Of a stretch of 64,000 bases of DNA, positions 56,565-64,000 are shown in pieces; within the stretch, counting starts at the first letter, position 1, and every line of letters begins with the position of its first letter. The position numbers and the translations under genes were made by a program. The notes below the pieces were generated by a model. It worked only from the letters and a program-made list of their open reading frames with translations. It was not told the origin of the DNA and did no database searches. Source of the DNA: an uncultured Gemmatimonadota bacterium (lineage in GTDB: Bacteria > GCA-2686955); assembly GCA_964490075.1 (NCBI GenBank), contig CAZBBK010000015.1, forward strand, positions 1 through 64,000, given 5' to 3'.

Positions 56565-57221
56565 TTGCTGGCGCTCTGCGTGGCGATGCCCACCGCCTCC
56601 GCCGCCAGCGACGGCACACCGCGCGGCCGGCACCGCGACTCCGACGAAGCGCGCGCTTCAGAGAGCCCGCGTCGTTATTGGGTGCTGGTCGACGCTGGGA
56701 TCGGCGCGAGCGCCACGGCCGGATCGTGGTTCGAGAGCTACACCCAAGGTCGAAGCTGGCAGGCGGGCGTGCGTCTGGCCGCCAATTCTCACACCACTCT
56801 GGGCCTGCGCCATCGGCGCCAGTGGCTCGGCATCGCCGACCGCTTCACGACCCGGAGCGATGCCCCGCAAGAAAGAGTCGAAGAGTGGTTCCTGGTCCTC
56901 GGTCTCACATCCGCCCCGCGCTCGGAGCGGACGCCGCAGTGGAGCGTGCAGATCGGGATCGGATCGATCAGCGGCATCCTGGTCGGACTGCGAGAGCCCA
57001 GCTTCCCCTTCATGCCGACGCTGATCTCGGAAGTCGACCGCCTGGCCCTGCGCACCGGCGCCGGCGTGGTGGTCCCGCTCGGGAGACGGCTCGGGATCGA
57101 GATCGAGGGCAACCTACGGGTCGTGGGCCAGGGCGTCTCCGATCCCCAGGACCCGAGCTCCACCGCCACCGGCATGCTCTTCGGCCTCGACCTGCGGGCG
57201 CTGTGGATGATCGGGACCTGA
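56565..57221 (+). CDS. Putative small outer-membrane beta-barrel protein (start uncertain, may lie upstream)
   Basis: Signal-like ALLALCVAMPTASAA; alternating amphipathic strands (WVLVDAGIG, WQAGVRL, LRTGAGVVVPL, LGIEIEGNL, LFGLDLRALW near the C-terminus). Confidence 0.6.
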   Translation: MLALCVAMPTASAASDGTPRGRHRDSDEARASESPRRYWVLVDAGIGASATAGSWFESYTQGRSWQAGVRLAANSHTTLGLRHRRQWLGIADRFTTRSDAPQERVEEWFLVLGLTSAPRSERTPQWSVQIGIGSISGILVGLREPSFPFMPTLISEVDRLALRTGAGVVVPLGRRLGIEIEGNLRVVGQGVSDPQDPSSTATGMLFGLDLRALWMIGT

Positions 57222-57233
57222 TCGTCGCGATGC

Positions 57234-60200
57234 CTACGCGCCGTTGTCGGCCAGGGGGAAGACCAGGGTGAAAGAGGTGCCCTGGCCCGGCTCGCTCTCG
57301 ACCTGCACCCGCCCGCCGTGTGATTCGACCAGGGTGCGCACGATCGAGAGCCCCAGGCCGGTGCCTCGATCCTCCTCCTTGGTGGTGTAGAAGGCCGAGA
57401 AGACCCGGTCGCGGTTCTCGGCGGAAATCCCACAACCGCTGTCGACGACCTGGATCCGGTAGCCACCCTCGCCCTCGGCCAGGCCGGCGCGGACGACCAG
57501 ACGCTTCGTCTCGCGATCCTCCATCGCGTCGAGGGCGTTGGTCAGAAGATTGACCAGGATCTGCTGGAGCTGCGATTCGTCGGCCAAAATCGTGACCTGC
57601 GCGGCGTCGATCTCGACGCTCAGATCGACGTAGAGCAGACGATTGCGAACCAGGGCCAGGGCCTCGTGAATCGGCCCCTCGGGGTCGATCGACCGCGTCT
57701 GTCCGGCGGAACGACGGGCGTAGCGGTTGATCGATCGAACCAGCTTCTCCATGCGCCGCGCCTGGCGCTCGATCTCCTGCAGCGCCGCGCCGAGCTTCTC
57801 GTCCTCGGCGGGATCGAGCAGCTCCAGGCGACCGATCATGACCGTGAGCGGTTGCCGCAGCTCGTGAGCGATGCCGGCCGCCATCTGCCCCATGGCCGCC
57901 ATCTTGTCGGCCTGAAAGAGCTCCTCGTGGGCCTCGTTCAGGCGACAGAACGCCGCCTCGAGCTTCTGCTTGGAGCGCGCCAGCGCGCGGCTGCCCACCA
58001 GCAGCTCGTCGTAGAGGCGTGCCTTGTCGAGGGAGGTCGCGGCGATCGAGGCCAGGGACTCGAGCAGCGCCAGATCTTCGGGGCCGAAGGTCTGCGCAGG
58101 CGCGCAGCCGCTGTCGACGTAGATGGCGCCGATGACGCGGGTTTCGACCCGCAGCGGCACGCACATGATCGACTTCAGCTCCAGGCGCCGCATGCTGGGC
58201 GTGGTCTGGTCGGGATGCGACGCGGCCACGTCGCGAACGATCGAGGGCTGCCCTCGATCGAGCGCCTCCTCGAGCGCGGAGCGCGAAAGATCGAAGGGAG
58301 GGCCTTCCAGGGTGCGGCCGCTGCGGTCGCGGGCCAGCTCGAAGCGAGCCTCGGCCTCGGAATCGACCGTGACCAGGAAGCCCCGCTCGGCCTCGGTGAC
58401 GACAAAGATGCCGTCCATCACCGTGTTCAGCACATCGGGCGCCGCCACCGGCGCGGTGATGCCGCGGGCGGCCTCGATCAGAGCCTGCATCTTGCGGAGC
58501 CTGGCCGCCGAGAGCCCCGAGCCGTTGCCCAGGCGCCGGCGATCCTCCCAGAGGGCCGCGATCGCCGCGCGCATCCCCAGGCTGCGATAGGCCTCTTCGG
58601 CCTCGCGGATCGCGTCGAGGCCCGCCTCCTGGTCCCCCTGCAGCGCCAGGGCGACACCGAGGCGATGGCGAATCCGCGCACCGAGCAGCTTCCCTCCCGC
58701 CGACCCCAGGAGCTTGAGACCACGCCGGTAGGCCCGCACCGCCGCCTCCGGGCGCTCCTGCCGCTCGTGGTGGCGCCCCACCAGGCGGCAGAGCTGGGCG
58801 AGCTCCACGCGATCGCCGGCGCGCCGGGCCAGGCGCAGCGCTTCGCGTCCCTGCTCCCATGCATCGGCCACCGCTCCGAGCTCGAGCTGGGCCTCGGCGA
58901 GCCGCCGCCGAGCTTCGCAGGCTTCTTCCACGAGCTCGTGACGGACACCCAGCTCCCACGCCTCCTGGTAGCGCAGCAGCGCGTCGGCCGCCGCGCCCCG
59001 CGCCAGCGCACAGTCGCCGAGGTTGCCGACCGCCACCGCCAAGCCCTGCTGCGAAGCGGCCTGGCGGGAGAGCTCGACCGCGCGACCGAGCTCGGCCTCG
59101 GCCTCGGCCAGGTCGCCTCGGCCGGTGTGGATCAGGGCCGAGTTCACCAGGAAATGGGTGACGTGGGTCGGCTCGTCGAGGTGCTCGGCGAGGGCCATCC
59201 CCTTGCGATTGGAGTGCAGGGCCTGGTCCCACTGACCGGCCTCGAAGAGCGCGTAGGCCAGGTTCCCCAGACAGCGCATGATCGCCGCGAGATTGCCCCT
59301 TTCCTCGGTCAGAGTGAGCGCCTCTCGGAAATGGCGCGCCATCTGGCCGTGCTCGCCGCGCACGTTGGCGAGGATGCCGCAGAGGGTCTCGCAGGCCGCC
59401 GCCCGGGCGTGGTCGCCGCGGCGCCGAAAGTGCTCCAGGGCGGTTCCGTTGTGGCGCAGCGCAGCTTCCGCGTCGCCGGCCAGGCGCAGCACCTGGGCGA
59501 GGGTGGCGGCCAGCCGCGCGGCCTCGTCGTCGGGGTCGGGGGCGCCGGCCGCCGCCGCCAGCGCCGGGCCGGTGAGGATCTCGCGCGCCTGGTCCAGAGC
59601 GCGGCGCTTCATCAGCTGCAGGGCGTGGAGATGCAGCAGCTGGGCCCGCTCCCTGGCGTGGAGGGGGGTGTCGTGCTTGGCCGGTGTCTCGCCCCCCAGC
59701 GCCTCGAGCCCGCTGCGCAGCGCATCGAGGCAAGGTTCGGAGACCCCCTTGGCGTTCAGGGCGTCGGCCTGCCAGCGCCAGGCCCGGGCCGCCATCAGGC
59801 GGCGTTCGGCGCCGGCCGGCAGGTCGGGGGCCAGCGCCCCGAGCTGCTGCGCGCGCTCCCGAACGGTGTCGGGCGCACCGGCGCCGTCGGCGATCTCGAT
59901 CAGCTCGCAGAGGGTCGCCGCGAGCTCGCCGGGTGGGCGCGCCGTGCGGCGCTCGAGATCGAGCAGGTCGCCGAGCAGCGACCCGGCCGCGGCGCTCGCG
60001 GCGCCGGCCCGCAGTGTCGCCACGGCGCGGCCGACCCATTCGCGAGCCTCGGCGGGCGCTTCGGCGCTGATCGTCAGGCGGGCCACGCGCAGCTCCAGCT
60101 CGGCGCGCTGCGCAGCCGGGCAGCGCAGGGCCCGGGCGGCCAGGGCAGCGGCCGCGGCCAGCGCCCGCGCGCGCAGCTCGGTCGGGTCGGCCGCGTCGAG

Positions 60201-62195
60201 CACGGCGCGCGCAGCCTCCGCCGAGCCGATCGAGAAGCACTCGCCCGCCGGGGCCAGCTCCGTGCTCGTCGACAATGCGCCGTGATGCCGCACCAGGTCG
60301 AGGGCGGCGAGCCGCCGCAATGCGACCCGCACCGCGTCGGTCGGCTGGTCCGCCGCCTCGGCCAGCAGATCGGCGCCGCCTTTGCCGATCAGCGCGGCCG
60401 CCACCAGGACCGAACGCTGGCCAATCTCCAACCCGGCGATCAAGGCCTCGAGGCGCTCCATCACCGACTCGTCGAGCAAGAGACCCCGCTCGTCGAAGGC
60501 GACGCCCGCGATCTCGGCGTTCCAGACCCCTTCGCGGCGGGTCAGCCGGCCGGTCGCCCGCAGCGCCGCCAGCAGTGCCGCGACGCGACCCGGCACCCCT
60601 TCGCTCTCATCGCGCAGCAAGGCGCGGAACGAACCGCTGAGCTCCGCCACGCCGAGCATCGATCGGGCGAGCTGCTCGCTTTCGGCCTCCGGCAGCGCCG
60701 CCAGGGCGAGGCGCTCGACGCGATCGCCGGGGGTTCGAGGCTGCAGCGGGTGGTCTTCGCCGGCGCCCGCGCGGCCGGCCGCCACCAGCAGCACCGGGGC
60801 GGCCGCGGCTGCGTCGATCAGGATCTCCAGGGCGTGTCGCGCCGCGGCGGGAGCCTCTTCGAGGCGATCGACCAGGAGCGCGAGGGGCCGCGCCCCGCGG
60901 CGTCCGGCCAGCAGCTCGCCGAGGGCCTCGGCCACCTGTATCGGAGCCGGCTCCGAGCCCCGGCCGGCGGCGACGGAGCGAGGGTCGAGGAAGGGGGAGG
61001 CCGCGGGGTGAGTGTCGCGCCAGCTTTCCAGCTCGGCGGCCCCGAGCGCGCGCAGCAGGGGCGCGATCAGCTTCGCGAGGGCAGCGCAGGGGCGTGGGTC
61101 CTCGGCGTCGAAGGCGACACGGCAGACGGTGGCATCGTCGAGCTGCGCGCGCCACGCGAGCTCCTCGAGCAGCCGGGTCTTCCCGATCCCTCGCCCGCCC
61201 GCCAGCAGCACCGCTTGCAGGGATCCGGTGTCGGCGGCGCGCGCCAGAGCCCGCCGCAGGCGCGCCAGGTCGGCGTCGCGACCGAGAAAGGCGCCCGCGA
61301 TCGGCTCCGCGCCGCGCAGCTCCTGTTCGACCCCGAGCTCCTCGGCGGCGGCGACCAGCGAGTCGATCACCTGCAGTCCGTGCCGGGGACGGGCCTGGGG
61401 GTCTTTCTCGAGCAGGGTCGCGATCAGTTCGTCGAGCACCTTCGGCAGACCCTCGCGCAGCTCCGAAGCGCGCGGCGGCAGGGTCTCGATGTGGTGTCGG
61501 ACGACCTCGGCCACGTTGTCTTGCGGGAAGGGCAGACGGCCGGTGGCGAGCTGAAAGAGACAGACTCCGAGACTGTAGAGATCGGCGCGGGCGTCGGCGG
61601 GGCGCAGCAGCACCACTTCGGGGGCGACATAGGCCGGCGCGCCGGCGGCGGCGGAGAGCGGATCGCCGGCCGGATGGGCGCCGGCGGGGTCGCCCGAGCG
61701 CGGGCCGATCGAGCGCGCGAAACCGAGATCGGCGAGCACCACGCGCCGCGCCGGGGAATCGAGGAGGACTGCGTTCTGCGGCTTCAGATCGCCGTGGCGT
61801 AGACCGCGCAGGTGCAGGGCATGCAGGGCGCCGGCGAGCTGGATCGCGACCTCGAGCAATCGCGGAAGGTCGGTGCTCAGGTCGACCGAGTCGAGGCGCT
61901 GCCCCTCGAGGAGCTCCATGGTGAAGTAGGGGCGACCGTCGGCCGAGAAACCGAAGTCGTGGACCGCGCAGATTCCGGGATGATCGATCCCCGCCAGCCG
62001 GCGAAACTCGCTCTTGGCGTCGGCGATCGCCGCCGGCGTTCCCTCGTGGGCACGCTTGAGCGCGACCTCGGAGCCCAGGATCTCGTCGGATGCGCGATAG
62101 ACGACCCCCTCCGCGCCCGCCCCGAGCATCTCCACCAGCCGGTAGCGGCCGACCTTTCCGCCCTCGTTCTTCGACCCTCTTGCCACCACGGCCAT
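57234..62195 (-). CDS. Hybrid Ser/Thr kinase - AAA/STAND ATPase - TPR - GAF - histidine kinase
   Basis: LGAGAEGVVY, VALK, HGDLKPQN, DLG, YVAPE, DLYSLG; FLGRD...GGRGIGKT Walker A; TPR helices; GAF (SIMCVPL...GAIYVD); AHELRQPL H-box, NLLTNALDA, DSGCGI, GTGLGL. Confidence 0.92.
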   Translation of the reverse strand: MAVVARGSKNEGGKVGRYRLVEMLGAGAEGVVYRASDEILGSEVALKRAHEGTPAAIADAKSEFRRLAGIDHPGICAVHDFGFSADGRPYFTMELLEGQRLDSVDLSTDLPRLLEVAIQLAGALHALHLRGLRHGDLKPQNAVLLDSPARRVVLADLGFARSIGPRSGDPAGAHPAGDPLSAAAGAPAYVAPEVVLLRPADARADLYSLGVCLFQLATGRLPFPQDNVAEVVRHHIETLPPRASELREGLPKVLDELIATLLEKDPQARPRHGLQVIDSLVAAAEELGVEQELRGAEPIAGAFLGRDADLARLRRALARAADTGSLQAVLLAGGRGIGKTRLLEELAWRAQLDDATVCRVAFDAEDPRPCAALAKLIAPLLRALGAAELESWRDTHPAASPFLDPRSVAAGRGSEPAPIQVAEALGELLAGRRGARPLALLVDRLEEAPAAARHALEILIDAAAAAPVLLVAAGRAGAGEDHPLQPRTPGDRVERLALAALPEAESEQLARSMLGVAELSGSFRALLRDESEGVPGRVAALLAALRATGRLTRREGVWNAEIAGVAFDERGLLLDESVMERLEALIAGLEIGQRSVLVAAALIGKGGADLLAEAADQPTDAVRVALRRLAALDLVRHHGALSTSTELAPAGECFSIGSAEAARAVLDAADPTELRARALAAAAALAARALRCPAAQRAELELRVARLTISAEAPAEAREWVGRAVATLRAGAASAAAGSLLGDLLDLERRTARPPGELAATLCELIEIADGAGAPDTVRERAQQLGALAPDLPAGAERRLMAARAWRWQADALNAKGVSEPCLDALRSGLEALGGETPAKHDTPLHARERAQLLHLHALQLMKRRALDQAREILTGPALAAAAGAPDPDDEAARLAATLAQVLRLAGDAEAALRHNGTALEHFRRRGDHARAAACETLCGILANVRGEHGQMARHFREALTLTEERGNLAAIMRCLGNLAYALFEAGQWDQALHSNRKGMALAEHLDEPTHVTHFLVNSALIHTGRGDLAEAEAELGRAVELSRQAASQQGLAVAVGNLGDCALARGAAADALLRYQEAWELGVRHELVEEACEARRRLAEAQLELGAVADAWEQGREALRLARRAGDRVELAQLCRLVGRHHERQERPEAAVRAYRRGLKLLGSAGGKLLGARIRHRLGVALALQGDQEAGLDAIREAEEAYRSLGMRAAIAALWEDRRRLGNGSGLSAARLRKMQALIEAARGITAPVAAPDVLNTVMDGIFVVTEAERGFLVTVDSEAEARFELARDRSGRTLEGPPFDLSRSALEEALDRGQPSIVRDVAASHPDQTTPSMRRLELKSIMCVPLRVETRVIGAIYVDSGCAPAQTFGPEDLALLESLASIAATSLDKARLYDELLVGSRALARSKQKLEAAFCRLNEAHEELFQADKMAAMGQMAAGIAHELRQPLTVMIGRLELLDPAEDEKLGAALQEIERQARRMEKLVRSINRYARRSAGQTRSIDPEGPIHEALALVRNRLLYVDLSVEIDAAQVTILADESQLQQILVNLLTNALDAMEDRETKRLVVRAGLAEGEGGYRIQVVDSGCGISAENRDRVFSAFYTTKEEDRGTGLGLSIVRTLVESHGGRVQVESEPGQGTSFTLVFPLADNGA

Positions 62196-62397
62196 GCACT
62201 CTCCGCGATCGGTTTCGGAACCAGCCCGCAGCAGGAACCGAGCCCTAGAACGGGAGACGACCCGCCATGGCCCACACCCGGGATGCGAATGCCCGGAGAG
62301 GCATCTCGAAGGCCGGCGGCCCTCGCCATCCAGGGGCGGCCGCGCCGGGGGGCGGGGATGCGGGATCGCAGCGCGCCGGACTGCTGGACGGGTCGGG

Positions 62398-64000
62398 TCA
62401 GTCCGCCGGGTCGCCGTCCGCCAGGAACGACATGGCCCAGTTCTGAAGCGACGAGCAACCGTCGAGGGATTCACCCTCGATGGTCATGCAGTCGATGATA
62501 GCGCCTTCGGCGTCGAGTCGCGCCAGCATCCCACCGTTGGCGTCGAGCATCGCCAGCAAACCGCCGTTGGCGTCCAGCATGGCCAGGAAGCCGCCGTTGG
62601 CGTCCAGCATCGCGAGCAGTCCGCCGTTGGCATCGAGCATGGCCAGGAAGCCGCCGTTGGCATCGATCATCGCCAGCAGTCCGCCGTTGGCGTCCAACAT
62701 GGCCAGCAGACCGCCGTTGGCGTCGAGCATGGCCAGCAGACCGCCGTTGGCGTCGAGGGTCGCCAGCAAGCCACCGTTGGCGTCGAGCATCGCCAGCAGA
62801 CCGCCGGCGTCGGCGATGGCCTGGATCAACCCGCCGTCGGCGTCCATCAAGGTGCTCAGGTCGGTCTCGGTCAGGAGCCACGCTTCGACCAGGTCGGGGC
62901 CGGCGTCGCGGAAGCAGAAGAGTCCCTCGTCGGTTTCGAGGAAGAGCACCAACCCTTCCGGCAGCATGGCGATCACGCCCACCATGGTGGGTGGGTAGTG
63001 GCGCGGAACCGCGGCGTAGTCGGTGACGTAGCCGCCCAGCTGGTGGGCCCGCTCGATCTCGACCGAGGCCCAGCTGTCGAGCGCCTGCGAGGCGCTGACC
63101 AGCCCGTAGCCGGTGATCGGATCCCAGCCGGCATCGCCCAGATTGCGAGCGGTCTTGAGCACGATGTTGCGCACCTCGAGGGGGGTCAGGACGCGACCGT
63201 CCTCGGTGCGGTGGCAGTCGGAGAGGACCATGCCGGCCACCCCCGCCACGTGCGGCGCGGCGTGCGAGGTGCCGACCGCGAACCAGTAGCCGGGGTCGTC
63301 GGGGGTCTGGTAGGCGAAGGTCGCCCCGAGGATTCCATCGGGGTAGCCGTCGGCGTCGGCGTCTTCTTCCACGCCGCCGGGGGCGACCAGGTCGAGCGCG
63401 GCGCCGTAGTTGGAGTAGGGCGCACGGTTGCCGTAACGATCGGCCGCCCCCACCGCGATGACCTCGTTGTAGGCCGCCGGATAGGGCACCACCGGCAACC
63501 CCTCGTTGCCCGTCGACGCCACCAGGATCACGCCCGCCGAATCGGCGCGGGCGATCGCTTGCGCCAGGTAGGCGCCGGGCTCGTAGCCGGAGGGGAAGGC
63601 GAGGCTCATGTTGATCACCTTGCCGTTGGCGTCGCAGTCGATGATCCACTCGATCCCGTCGACCAGGTGCTCCAGCGTGCCGTTGCCGTTCTCATCCAGG
63701 ATGCGCACCGGGCAGAGGTTGAGCTTGTGGCAGATCGCGGCGATCCCACGCCCATTGTCGGTCTTGGCGAAGACGGTCGACGCGACGTGGGTGCCGTGGG
63801 CGTTGGAGTCGGCGGGAACGCCGTCGTCGTCGACGAAGTCGTAGCCGGGCACGTCGCGCAGCGCACGCTTGGAGAGGTCGCGATGCCCCGGCTCGGTCGG
63901 GTCGCCGTTCTTGAGGCTGAAGCCGGTATCGAGCACGCCGATGACGATTCCCTGGTTGCGGCGGATGCGATGGGTCCAGGCCTCCTCCATGCCGATCTGG
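62398..64000 (-). CDS. S8 serine peptidase (5' end beyond window) with C-terminal decapeptide tandem repeats
   Basis: VLDTG, AHGTHVAS, STGNEG, DLVAPGG, GTSHAAPHVAG, GYGLV; frame open to the window edge. Confidence 0.9.
   Translation of the reverse strand, partial: QIGMEEAWTHRIRRNQGIVIGVLDTGFSLKNGDPTEPGHRDLSKRALRDVPGYDFVDDDGVPADSNAHGTHVASTVFAKTDNGRGIAAICHKLNLCPVRILDENGNGTLEHLVDGIEWIIDCDANGKVINMSLAFPSGYEPGAYLAQAIARADSAGVILVASTGNEGLPVVPYPAAYNEVIAVGAADRYGNRAPYSNYGAALDLVAPGGVEEDADADGYPDGILGATFAYQTPDDPGYWFAVGTSHAAPHVAGVAGMVLSDCHRTEDGRVLTPLEVRNIVLKTARNLGDAGWDPITGYGLVSASQALDSWASVEIERAHQLGGYVTDYAAVPRHYPPTMVGVIAMLPEGLVLFLETDEGLFCFRDAGPDLVEAWLLTETDLSTLMDADGGLIQAIADAGGLLAMLDANGGLLATLDANGGLLAMLDANGGLLAMLDANGGLLAMIDANGGFLAMLDANGGLLAMLDANGGFLAMLDANGGLLAMLDANGGMLARLDAEGAIIDCMTIEGESLDGCSSLQNWAMSFLADGDPAD
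62485..62844 (-). repeat. 30-bp coding tandem repeat, 12 units encoding D-A-N-G-G-[LFM]-L-A-[MTR]-[LI]
   Basis: Nine DANGG units plus three degenerate ones (DADGG, ADAGG, DAEGA); units differ mostly at synonymous positions. Confidence 0.92.

Noticed and set aside
57666-61802. 1378-aa plus-strand ORF and other long antisense/alternate-frame ORFs (e.g. 469..2157, 14155..16575, 21843..24647, 48605..50926)
   Set aside because: Shadow ORFs expected in high-GC DNA; no motifs, and they overlap well-supported genes.
62485-62844. 30-bp periodic repeats as a CRISPR array
   Set aside because: Units are contiguous with no unique spacers, stay in frame and vary at synonymous sites; no cas genes in the window.
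57234-64000. Canonical NLR-amyloid signalling pair
   Set aside because: The ATPase-TPR protein starts with a kinase domain and carries no copy of the DANGG motif, which such pairs would require.

Overview
High-GC (roughly 70% by eye) bacterial chromosomal window, probably from a diderm organism (predicted outer-membrane beta-barrel, lipoprotein, sigma-54 promoters); the lineage cannot be assigned from sequence alone. It holds about 50 protein-coding genes and no recognisable rRNA, tRNA, CRISPR array or intact mobile element. The main observation is a tightly coupled five-gene operon, ubiX-ubiD-acnX large-acnX small-ipk (38575-42861, minus strand). It matches the lower half of the archaeal (anhydromevalonate-phosphate) mevalonate pathway, here in a bacterium, and is flanked by a divergent Nudix hydrolase and a convergent UbiB/ABC1 kinase. 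Four unrelated secreted enzymes (CotH kinase, M14 carboxypeptidase, two S8 proteases) share a ~105-aa Ig-like C-terminal module, a candidate sorting or anchoring domain. A third S8 protease ends in 12 tandem DANGGLLAML-type decapeptides, next to a ~1650-aa Ser/Thr kinase-ATPase-TPR-GAF-histidine kinase. Other elements are a sigma-54-driven trio of pilin-like genes lacking prepilin leaders, a small accessory patch (degraded genes including an in-frame TGA, VapBC and HEPN-MNT toxin-antitoxin pairs), a standalone ClpX-like zinc-finger protein, and an S1P-lyase-like enzyme. Central metabolism genes include korAB, a split class I fumarase, fabH, ALDH7, a Mo-hydroxylase trio and a peptide ABC transporter. 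All functional calls come from motif recognition by eye; no database searches were run.
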